A stretch of DNA of 64,000 nt from contig CDLV01000006.1 in assembly GCA_001244265.2 (NCBI GenBank), positions 620,001 through 684,000 on the forward strand. The letters are read 5' to 3'. Position numbers and translations under genes: made by a program. Below are positions 1 to 10,948 of this stretch, piece by piece. Under the pieces are notes generated by a model, which worked only from the letters and a program-made list of their open reading frames with translations, ran no database searches and was not told the DNA's origin. Source of the stretch: Microbotryum violaceum (taxonomy: Eukaryota). Numbering within the stretch: position 1 is the first letter of the stretch; each line of letters starts with the position of its first letter.

Positions 1-782
1 GACGGATGGAGCGAGCTGATGACTTGGTACTTGGGCCGACCATCGGGACATCGATCACCGTGCACCTGGACAATAAGTTCTTGCGGTCCACGATCTCCCG
101 TGTTGGTGTCGGAATCGCAGATAAGCATCGTCATTTCCGTGCTCGGCGGAGGAAGGTTGTGGGTGCGTCGGTCTCGGCCTGGTGGTAGACAGAGGCGCAG
201 GACCCACTCTTTGGCCGTATCCCCAGCCTGCGCGGGCTTTGGCCGATGCGAACTCCCTCACAAAGTGCTTCTTGGTACGCAACATGGACTCGAGCTTGGT
301 CAAAGTAGATCTTTGTATGCGACTGTCTGCGCCGTCGGGTCCCAGTCGAGTGTCAGTGGCTTCGGCCAGGTCGATGAGCCATATTTGGGCAAAGGCTGGG
401 CGTTGATTCAGGGCAGGGATCAGGGCGCCAAGTCGATGATAGCGGCGACCGAACACGCGAAACACGGGGAGTCCTAGAGTGCCCAGCCGTGTCTGGTCGA
501 AGTGAAAGACGGCGCGGTGTTGTGCGACCGGGCGTTTTTGCGGAATGCTTGAGCTCCTGTGTAGGTGGGTTGCACAGTTCAGCATGCGGGTCTACTGTAG
601 ACGGATGTTGTTGGACGGAGCAACTGACCGCTATCCTTCAAGTAGATTTCGATACTTGGGATCGGGCTGGGAGGGGGAGGTAGCTGCACCTTACCCTGCG
701 AGCAGCACGTGCTGAAGTGTCCGGTCGACTTCGACCTTTCGCACTCCCAGTGTCGAGTCTTGAAGTGGATACACACGGCCAT
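1..782 (-). mobile_element. Degenerate Helitron RepHel N-terminal region, continuing off the left edge
   Basis: Minus-strand translations give MAVCIHFKTRHWECERSK..FSTCCSQGKVQLPPP, then GLPVFRVFGRRYHRLGALIP..RPAFAQIWLID. These match the Helitron N-terminal Cys motif and the 'F+V.G..YH.+G.L+P....P.FAQ+++.D' block. Frameshifts are present, plus a probable intron at 557-628 (GTCAGT...ACAG on minus). Confidence 0.85.
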
Positions 783-1691
783 CTGGGGCCGACGTAGTCG
801 CGGATGGGAACGTGGGGCTTGAGTGGTTTGAGCGGGGTTCGAGGCCTGTGCACTTGCTCTGCGCAGGAAGAGGTGGTGGTGGGGCGAGCTCAGCGTCGGA
901 TCGGCCATCGGGCCCTCGCGCTGACCACGCTGTCCGTTCTACAAAGCTGTACGGCGGACGCTTATACGGGTCGCAATACCAAGGTCGGTTGATTGTTGTC
1001 ACTACGCGCGGGGAGCTGATCCTGTTGATCGGAGCGGGACGAAGAGGAGAGGAGATGAGCGGGGCGCCCAACGGGTTCATAGTCTCCCCATGTTCCCGCG
1101 GTACGCTATCGTACGCGTACGGCGCGAGTACCCTCGCGCCAAAGACTCGGCGCGGTTGTCACGCAAATTCGATGAGAGTGGGAGGGAAAAGGCGAAAATT
1201 GGAGAGAGTAGCGCGGGAGTATTCACAGGAGTATTCACAGCGCCTGGAACCTCATGTTGTTGTTGAACCCCTAAAACCGGTATCGGGATGCCAGAAATAC
1301 ATCACGTGATCGACGGGGCATCGCGCAGCTTATTAGTGGCGCCCGCGGCGCGTCAACGACAGCGAGACCCCGCCTGAGCTCTGTAGAAGAAGTGTCATGC
1401 AAACCCACGCGCTTGCTATACATTAAATCCCGCACAAACTGCTCAATAGTTGGGCACCCCGCCAAAAATCAACAAAAAAAAAATCGGGCTGTAGCTCGAC
1501 TTTTATATGGTGCAGAAAATGCGAAAAGGGTCGTACATGACTTCTGCTCGGGACGCCAATATCACAGGCAGGTGCGGCAGACGCAATACTGTATTGGTGT
1601 ATTCACTATAGGCGGCCCAGAGGGCCGCAGCACGGTCAAAAACAGCGATTTTAGGTACATGGTCGCGGATCGACACTTTTTTTTTACTAGT

Positions 1692-1719
1692 TAGGGTAAT
1701 AGGGTAATAGGGTAAAGGG
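1692..1719 (+). repeat. Telomere-like (TAGGGTAA)3 run
   Basis: TTAGGGTAATAGGGTAATAGGGTAAAGGG directly after T9-ACTAG. Confidence 0.7.
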
Positions 1720-2424
1720 CGCTTGTTCAGAGAGGAGTCGAGACTCGAGAGCCAGCGGATGCCTGGTCTCTTACGTCATGCCAAGCGACATAAGCTAACA
1801 AGCACCGAATTCCTATTGTCAACTAATTAGCTGTCCACAAAATGCGGTGCACGATGAACAAGGAGCTCTGTTTTTTCACACTGGTTCGAATCGACCTTCA
1901 GCCTGAGCGGGTACGATCGGAACGCCGCTACGACCTTCCAGACGCGCGCGCGTCACGGCCGACAGCCCGACTCTGATTCATTTGGGGCCGGCGATCAGAC
2001 GCGTGTCGACGTCGTCACGGTGGTGTGGGAAGTAGCCCTAGTGTTGCACCCTCCTGCGCGGATATACGGTACCCATCTACCTACCTATCGGTAGGTAGGG
2101 AATTAAATTCGAGCACCCCTTAGCATTTGGGATTTGCCAGGGGAAGTGGCCAACGGGAACACTTGTGACGACGCGGAACCACGAACGTCCATCTCAGCGG
2201 AGTCCGGACGCCCGTAATCGGGAAATGTGCCCTTGCCGTGTAACTAATGTCAGCGCGTCTGCTACGTCAAAAAAACCAAAAATAAAATGTCTGATAATGC
2301 AAGCGTTGTGCTCGGTCAGTGTGTTGACTTCGAAAAGGTTCTGCTTTACCTCGCGAGCAGCCGGTGGCGGGCTCGGGTGCTTTGACGCGGGTGCTAACGA
2401 ATCAAAGCCGAGACTGTGATACGT

Positions 2425-2994
2425 CTAAGAGAGCATGATGGTTTCCAGAAACCAGCCGAGAAGCCGTGTGACTATGCAAAGAAGATCTAGATAAACGCGG
2501 CACACGTACTTGCGACCAGAGTTGACAGCACCGTAATTGATCTGGTACTCGGGCCCGGGGTTAACAACGCCGTAAGTACAGGTCGTGGCGTTTTTGTGGA
2601 GCGAGGCGCAAGACACGCAGGCATTATCTACGAAGGATAACAATGTCGAAACATAAGCCCCCATAAGTAACATCATGTGGATCGGTCAAGGCAGTGTAAG
2701 ACGTCGTGGTAGGAGGAAGGGCTAGCAGCCGAAGGGGAAGGGGCAAGGTACGGTGCACGAGAGGCGAGCCAAGGTCACGTGAGGCCGGACGTCGAGCACT
2801 GCAGGCCCCACTAGCAGGAGGATGGCCTGCGAGGAGCGAGAGCCAAACTCACTGATGGGGACCTCGGTAGTATGGCAGGAGATACGCTTCTCGAGTTCAT
2901 GGATAGGCTTTTCTGACAGAGGGGCAGCCATCGAGAGGGTCGAACGGAGGACGAGCAAGCTCGCGGCGACGACACCGGAGCGAGCGAAGAACAT
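2425..2994 (-). CDS. Small secreted Cys-rich protein (candidate effector); 3' end uncertain
   Basis: ATG at 2994 opens a hydrophobic signal peptide (MFFARSGVVAASLLVLRSTLSMAAP), followed by a Kex2-type LEKR. A GTGAGT..TAG intron at 2852-2628 joins in frame to ISCHTTEVPINNACVSCASLHKNATTCTYGVVN. Confidence 0.55.
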
Positions 2995-4887
2995 TGTGGG
3001 CAGGCGCGATTCGGAGCGTCTGGGCTGTGATGGATGTAACGTGAGTGTGAGAAGACTTTGAAGAACAAATGTTACAAGAGGAGGGGAGGGAATGAGTAAA
3101 AAGATTCCATCTCCAGCACTTGTGGTGCTCCCGCACGAAGAGCGAGTATGCACTGCGCTCACGCGTGCCTCTGGTCCAGAACCCGATCGAGGACAACGAG
3201 CAAGCGCGGCCGGCACATCGGTCACCGGACAGCATGGAACCATCCTTCATTCAGTTTGCCAGCCGTCGCCAAAACTTTACTGGGCATATACTTTGACAAA
3301 GACTCGAACCTGTGTTTCTGTATAGGTGTACACTTCGCTAGGTGCGTGGGTGTCTTGGCAGGCTTTCATCTCAAGGTCATGGTTGAGAAATCGGTGGCTG
3401 GGAAACACGTCTGCTTCACCCCTGTTCCCTAAGCGCCATCGCAGTCTTCTGTCATTGGGCCTCGGTCGAACGGGAAGCGTCGAGAAAGACTCTTACGAGA
3501 GTTATCGTTGAACTTGGGGAAGTACTCAACCTCGGATTGGTCCACCCTATCGCGTTCTGTTCTGATTTTTCGGACCTGAGGCACATTGCGGACGCGTCGT
3601 TAGTCGGCCAGATGCTCCTTCGCGTTTCACCGAGTGGCGGACCACAGGCTAGAACGTCGAAGGATGTGCGACCTCTATCCGAGTTGACGTCTCTTGTACC
3701 GATAGTTCTCTTGCGGCAGGCATCTGCCCCACGGGCTGCAGAAACAAGAGGTGAGAAAATCCTGTTACAGTGCCGGCGGGATCCTTCTCAACTCCTGAGT
3801 TGTCCTGGTGTGTCGAGTCGGCAAGGACCAGATAAGCACTCGTGATCAGTAAGGGAATGGTCATGGGGACAGGGTTATATTCGTGGTCACGAACGAACGA
3901 AGTCGCGTCTTCCGAAAGGGATAGAGACACAGAAGACTGGACAGCACATAGAGCAGTGTGTCGGAAGCCGAGCACGAAGCTGATCGCAGGCAAACAAAGT
4001 CAACGGGGCATCCTCTGCACCCTGTCCTGGTCAATGCATGTCACAACTTTTAATAACCACTGTTAGTACCCATCGTCTCCTCCGGGCCTGAACATTGCCC
4101 ATGCGCTGCCTCTTCTGCGAGTAGACGACGCACCTGAGGCTGCAGCGGCGAGAGGTCAGGGGCTCAGCGTTGCTCCACGCAGGGCATAGGTCCCGCACTC
4201 CACATCTCAAAAGAGTTGTGGGATTTACGCCGTCGATTATGTGCACATCCCAAGCCATCCGAACAGGAAGTTTGGCCATGTCTTGCTACTGATGTTGTTC
4301 CGCTTCGGCGGCATAGCCGGACAGACTCGTCTCACTTTTGCCAGCATATCCTACTCCAACAGATTTCACCTTCGAGCTGCGAATCCGGCTTAGTCAAGCC
4401 CAAACTTTTCTCCCACGTCTGTAGTCGATGCAGGCTTGTCAACGCATGGTCCAAGTTTGACCTCCTGACTCGAAGCTCAATATCGTGGTCACTGGTGCGA
4501 CCGTGGACCCATTTGAGCTCGAGTCGGCGTTGGTAGTGACTGCAGGAGGGGACAGTGTAGTGGCTTTGGGCCCTGGGTTAAGGGCTGGGTGACTACTCCC
4601 GCAAGGACTTCTGGCTGGTGCACGGCCCGTCATCGCGTGGGACTGCGTGGGCCGGACGCGTCGACGCGCCTCCGCACCTGCTCGCGCTCAGACCGACGTT
4701 GACCCAACACTCACACCCACGACTTCTTCACTCACATCTGTACACGATTACTCTTATCGGTTCTAGACACTTGACGTCCGGTACTTCACTGCCTAAGACA
4801 CCCCTTTCACTGTGAGCTCTTCGACTTCTCGTGACCGCGGTCCTCAGCTGCCAATTTCACCCCCGGTCTCGACGCTACGAACAAAGT

Positions 4888-6110
4888 ATGGCCCCTCACC
4901 CGCTGGCGAACGCGTTGCTCGATATGGGAGTCAATTTTATCGTGCCTCGACTCGAACGGATGGTCAACAAGCCTGCGAATGAGAACAGACCTCGACCTAC
5001 ACCTCCACCAGCCACACCTTCCGCAGCGGGCCCCTATCCCCCGATTCACCAAGACGCGGGTACCCCTCTAACGGTCGACTGTCTGAACAACGGAGGACAG
5101 CAGTCTTCTGGTATGCTCGGCAAGTGCGGCCCGAAATGGCAAGCTACCGGCCTCTTGCATCGCGGTAATCTGTAGGTTTCGAATGACCCTCCCGTCGACT
5201 GTGCTACCCCCTCTTCTCTGTGCCTTGCGCGTCCCTGACGACATTTGGTCCTGCCTGAAACCGGCACTCTCGAAAAAAGAACTCGCGGAGACCAGAGGGT
5301 AAACATCAAAGAGTGCTACACTGGTCGGCTAGGACCTGCAGGTTAGTCCCCTCCTCTCGCAGATAAATTCATGCCGAGCTGAACGTCCGATCGCCTGATC
5401 GAATCGACCAGGCACTCATGGCGGGTCGAATAACTCACGCCAAAGAATCGAATTTTTGAGCTGGCCACCTTCAGAACCTGGTCAAGTGCACCTCTAGTAC
5501 GTGCGCATATGCTTGCTCCAGCTTCTATGTATGCTCGTTAGTCCGTGCAAAGTCTGACCCCACTTGAATCGCGTCGTCCCATGACAGTCAATGGAGTTAT
5601 CACCTCGAAGCTTTCGACTACGACTATCCGAGCTCGAGTGCATTCTTCACCTTGATGCAACTTCTCACCCGTGATCACCAAGGTGTACTACCACCTGCCA
5701 TCTTCCGACTCGAGTTGGTCGGGCGTGAAGTTCGAGCGCAATGCCACTATGGTACACCACCAGGCCAACCACAGACCAAATGGGCGGTTCCTTTGCCAGA
5801 CTTTGAGGGCAAGACGATGGACCATGTTCTGGAGGTCAAGTATGGCGAGGGTGGATATATACACTGTAAGTGCTCTGCGCTCCAGTTTACACTTCTCACT
5901 CTTCAAGAACAGGTTTCAACCCACTGCTCGCGCCATTATTACCTAGATCGAATCACTGATATCGGAACGGGCAAGCTCGTGATCGAATTTAACCTGGACG
6001 GTATCAACGTTGCTGCGAAGGCGAGCGTCAAATGTGGCATGTACCGGAACAAAGTGTGCGGTCCGGCAGCGTTCGCGATCGGTGATTTCAAGTTCAAGCG
6101 GGTGGCATAG
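4888..6110 (+). CDS. Polysaccharide-lyase-like (beta-jelly-roll/ConA-fold) protein, multi-exon
   Basis: Spliced exons give RQRIEFLSWP, GQVHLYQWSYHL, FFTLMQLL and C-terminal VKCGMYR. These resemble the RxE, QxH-like and KxGxYR motifs of PL7/PL20-type lyases. Canonical introns; stop at 6110. Confidence 0.55.
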
Positions 6111-6524
6111 CCCTACCGCATCGAATCCACCGTGCCTAGCTTGATTGCACCAGCTATAAATACCTCCGCATACTCGCATAAAGTACAAAAATTCGGCCCA
6201 TCGGACGGTGGTCGGTATAAGCCGTTCGATCAGAGTCGTTCCGCTTCAGTCCAGATCCACGCAAGGCACGGTCCTATACAGTAGCCGCTTTACAACTAGT
6301 CGCAATTTCGCACCCTCATTAATTATCCCCAGACTGTAATCACTATTCCTATTTCTACCTTATGGACGCAGCGATGAGACTCTAGATAGTTGATCACTTC
6401 GCTGGCTCGACACCGGAATGATCGAGGCGGGCCCCACAGATTGGCCGTGAAGGTGCTCCGCGTCTCGCACTCAATCCCTCGCCCAGCGTCCGTCAATGCA
6501 GCGACTCGTATAGGAAGGAGGCTG

Positions 6525-7934
6525 ATGTCGAATCGACCACCTCCGGAGGTCTTACTGCAGATCGTCTCGTTCTCTGTCGCCCCCGCGTCTTACCACGCTT
6601 GGACAAGTCGGTCAGGGGCGTTACGATCGTATTGCACCGTCTCGGCGCAGTGGAGGGATGTCGCGCAAGCCTTATTGATCCAAGCACCCGTGATCAAGAC
6701 CGAGGCGGTTGCACAGAGGTTCTTATCTCGACTGGGTGCTGTCTCAATTATACCGAGCTCGTCGTTGCTCTCGAACATTGACCATCGAGTCGGGGAACTT
6801 GATCTGGACCGGGACGACGACGACGACGCGATCCCGAATCAAGTGATCGAATTGCGCCTGGGCGACAACGAGATCTTCACCTCTTGGACAAATGGCTTCT
6901 CGAACATAGTTTCTCGGTGCAAGGGGATCAAGAGGCTGTTTGTGCTCAACGCCGACCAGGTCATCCTCGCCGAACTCGGCAATCATTCGAGTCAGTCTTT
7001 TCGCCCGAGTGTATCGGGATGGCGCTGACTAATCCCTAGAATGTCTTGTGTACGAACAGACCTACATTATTTTTATGGCTGCAATCTTCAATTCGCTCCG
7101 CCTGCGTACTATTCAATACCTCTGCCTCCAGCATCTCCCTCCCTTGCGCCTCCTACGCCGCTTCAAATTCCTACGCTCGTCTTGCCTTTCCGATTCATGT
7201 CCCTCTCCCATTCGGGTCTTCCCCTTTTGATATCCCCAAATTCTCTCCCTCACTTGACCCATCTCTCCCTCTACGACGTCTATCGATCTTACGGCCTTGA
7301 CGATGCCATCGACCCCGACATTAACAACTACGCGCTCCTCCTCAGGACCCTTGGACCCCAGTTGAAAGCCGCCAAGTTGGATTTGGTGCTCTATCCTTCT
7401 TTCGACTTCGATACATGGTTACCTACATTGGCGTCTGAATCACGTTCTCTCACTTCCAACACACCGCAAGACGATCGGTGTCGAGCAGGCGGACGATTAC
7501 AACTCTTTCAGGTCTCGTCCTACGAGGCCCCCTCGCTCTTTCTCCTCCTTCAAGCATGTCAGAGTCTCGAGGTCATCGTCGCCGATGTATTTCCCTTAGA
7601 CCGGGATACAAGGAAACATCTATTGGGCCCGACACCTCATTCCTTCGTCGGCCATGCCAACCTGCGAAGAATCCGATTCCGAAGAGGGCCTATCCTTGTC
7701 GACGATTCAAGGGAAGTTGAAAACTACTCGGTGGATCATCGACGATTCCAACAAGGCTCAGCGCAGGAGGAGACCAAGCTGATCCAGAATGTTTGGGGGG
7801 AAGGTGTCAAAGTTGTGTACGATGTTGATCAGTCCAAGGAGGGGAGACAACGCTGGGGTTTGGAAGATGAGGAAGCGAGGTTCGGGCTCACGTTCGAGGC
7901 GTATTGTTTGGAGGAGGGCGTCCGCGTCGAGTAA
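6525..7934 (+). CDS. F-box-like / LRR-like protein
   Basis: N-terminal RPPPEVLLQIV...LRSYCTVSAQWRDVAQALL (fungal F-box pattern), intron ~6991-7059, and a long Leu-rich second exon (LPHLTHLSL). Confidence 0.65.
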
Positions 7935-8037
7935 TGAAGCGTGATGATTTTACGATGATACAACATGAGAATTTGGTGCACAAGCCGAAGAAATATATAT
8001 AGAAGGGTTACTACCGCGTACTGCTAGACCGTCCCAG

Positions 8038-10434
8038 TCACTTGTCCGCATTGTTCACCTCCGCCATCGTCTCGACTTTTGGCGCTACAAGAGCCTCCTC
8101 CAGTCCCCTCTCGCCTTCCTCCTCAGCCTTGGTAATAAGCGCTGCATTCGTTCCCGCTGAAGCCGTCCCCTCCCATTTCTCCCCCAACCTCCTCATCTTC
8201 TCCCCCCATCGAATAGTAGCACACACCAAACCAAATCCAATCCATGCCAAACCAGCCGCGAACGAATTGGCCCCTCCCAAACCGATCGCTTGAATTAGGG
8301 GGAGGATGAAAGCTGATGCGGCCGCTGAGAGGGTGTAACGTGCAAAGTTGTTAACGGCAATCACTTCAGAAGATCGGTGTTGCAAGACGTCGACGCAGTA
8401 GGTATTGGCGGCGGTGAGGATCATCCTGTTGAAGCCAACGGTGGCATTAGCTTGGCTTTCCTTCCAGCAACTCTTCCGGATGAAGACATGTCCATGCGAA
8501 CTACGCACATCAACCCAACCCCATTCAAAAACAACAAGATGACCGTAAAAGCCAACCCGACCTTGCCCGAACCTAAATCGATGACCCAACCCAGCGCCAA
8601 CACGGCACAAGGCAAGACCAGACCACCTCCCAGCAACGTCGCCCTCAATCGATCCTCGGGCACATAAACCCCCTTCCGCTTTTTGAGCCATTTTTTGAGA
8701 GTATGGTCGGCCATACGTCCGGTGAAACAAAAGGAGGCGAAGGCGTTGCCGACACCTGCAGCGCGTCAGAACTTTCCTCGGTTAGCAAAAATGGGGTTGG
8801 GTGGACTATCATGATGATTCGCACAGGACATCACGGACCCTGAGCCAAGTAGAAGGTCCCCAGAATTGCGGCGTTGCTGATCCCGTAGTTGGAGCGAATC
8901 GTGTCGGTTAGCGGTACGAGTACGGCGTAGGTAGTCAAGAGGACGAAGGCTGAATTGAGACTCTGCAGACGTCATGTAAAGGATCGGCTCACAGACTTCC
9001 GACACATCAATACCAAAGACACAACCCACAATCGCTAGAATATGCGGCAGCAACAACAATCGCAACGGCGCCAACGGATTGAGCCACAGAAATGAGCACA
9101 AACTCGACTTCCACCTCGGTTCGATCGGCAGACCCTCATTTGCTCTCTTCTGTCGTCTCGCCCGAATAATCCCTTCGATGGGGATCTCATGTGCCGTTTC
9201 GGGGAAGTAGAGGAAACAGAGGACCGAGGCTATGACACCGAGACCGCAGAGTATCCACTGCATTACGCGCCAGCCGTAGTTGCCTCTGACGTATTCGGAA
9301 AGGAGACCGGCGATGGCGGGCGCGATGGCGGGACCGATGAGGATGCCTGGGTGGAAAATACATGAATGCGTCAGTCTATTGTTCCGTATACGTAAGTTCT
9401 GGAAAGACTTCGCGAACCCGAGTAGAAATAGCCCTGTCAAGGCACGAGATAGTTGTCAACTTAGAGGTGTGAAGCTCGCGCAAGAGAAAATAGTGACGTA
9501 CCATCGCGGTCCCTCGTTCCTGCCTCTGATAAATATCTCCTATACTCCCCGCTCCTACACTGAGAACAGCCGATGATCCAACGCCCTGGATCGTCCGTGT
9601 GACAATCAACGTCGCCAGATTATGCGACAGAGCGACGCCCATAGAACCCAGAGCGAAGATGGGGAGACTGCAGAGGTAGATGGGTCGTCGGCCGTAGAGG
9701 CCACTGTAAGGAGCCCAGGCGAGGGGCATGGCGCCTATGGTGAAAATGTAGACCGCGACGGTGATGTCGATGATAGTTGGGGTTGTGTTGAGATCTTCCG
9801 AGATGGCTGGAATGGCTGGGAGGAAAGCCGAGGAGGAAAAAGCTGCACGACGATAACGAATCAGGTCAGATCATTAAGAGTGAATAACATTCGCCTCTCC
9901 GAGATTTCACTCACGAGCCATAAAAGCCGAAACCGCCACGAGCGCGACGATCAGTTTCTTTTTGCGGTCAGAGAAGCGATTGTAGAGCTTGGACCTCTGT
10001 ACGTCCCCCGCGTTCATCCATTCGGGAACGATCCCATTGTCCGGATCCTCGTCCTCCTCATCAATGATCCCTTCCTTCCTCTCTTCATTGTCCATCGTCT
10101 TTCGTCCTCCGAGTGTACTGCTTCGTTCCCTACGACCGGAGCCACCTCCTCCTCCGGCACTATTCCTACTCGACGACCTGACCAAGGTCAAGTCCGCCAT
10201 CGCTCCCGAACTAGGCAAGTCTTACGCCGACAGCGAACCGGGGAAACTACCCCCATGTTCATGCAATGATCTTGAAGAGACCGAAGTAGCTGGAAAAGTA
10301 CGCGTTGGGATGGTCCCGCCGATAAGAACTGGAAAGGCGTTCGTTGAAGAGGAGCGCGGATTGGTCGGAGTCCGCATTAGGGGACTTGTCGCGGGGGACG
10401 ACTGTGGCCGATCATTTGACGCAGGGACACTCAT
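8038..10434 (-). CDS. MFS transporter, DHA1 (drug:H+ antiporter, QDR-like) family
   Basis: WAPYSGLYGRRPIY (motif A), RTIQGVGSSAVLSVGAGSIGDIYQRQERGTAM, GPAIAPAIAG, PET, VPEDRL and NTYCVD motifs across many GT-AG exons. Confidence 0.92.
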
Positions 10435-10948
10435 CTTGTAATCCAAGTATCGTCCACGAAGCTTCTAGCCAATCTGGCCACAGCGAAATGGAAAGGGATG
10501 TTGCGAGACCCTCGATTGTGGAGAAAGAAGGCACGCGTCTCAAATACGGGACTCGCCTTCGCCAGTTTTGACTCGTCGGCAGATGGCCGGTTGCCAAAGG
10601 CGACCACGCCCGTTGGTCGCCGAGCGAGTCGAAAGGCGAGTGCGGTGTAAATCACTCCCTCTTGCTAGAACCAACTATTCTCGCTAGCAACATCGCCTGT
10701 TGCTCGCTCGAAACTCCATAAAGTTTTGCTTTCCCGCTCGCCTCCCCGGTTTGCCTCCCCTTGCTTGCGCTGCCCCGCCGGTTTCTTCGCGGGGCCATGT
10801 CGTGAGGGAATTCGCCCCCAAGCCCAAACCGAAGCCATTTATCATATGTTATTTATGTTCATCAATAGAGATCGGCACAAACGTCGTTCAGTCCGAGACT
10901 GTTCGTCGTCTTACTTAGCCGACACGAGACTCGACGGGAAGTGGCCGA

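Noticed and set aside
10211..10225. Possible 15-nt intron GTAAGACTTGCCTAG removing an in-frame stop in the MFS gene
   Set aside because: The same donor with a downstream branch CTTGAC and CAG gives a 48-nt in-frame intron, which is far more plausible.
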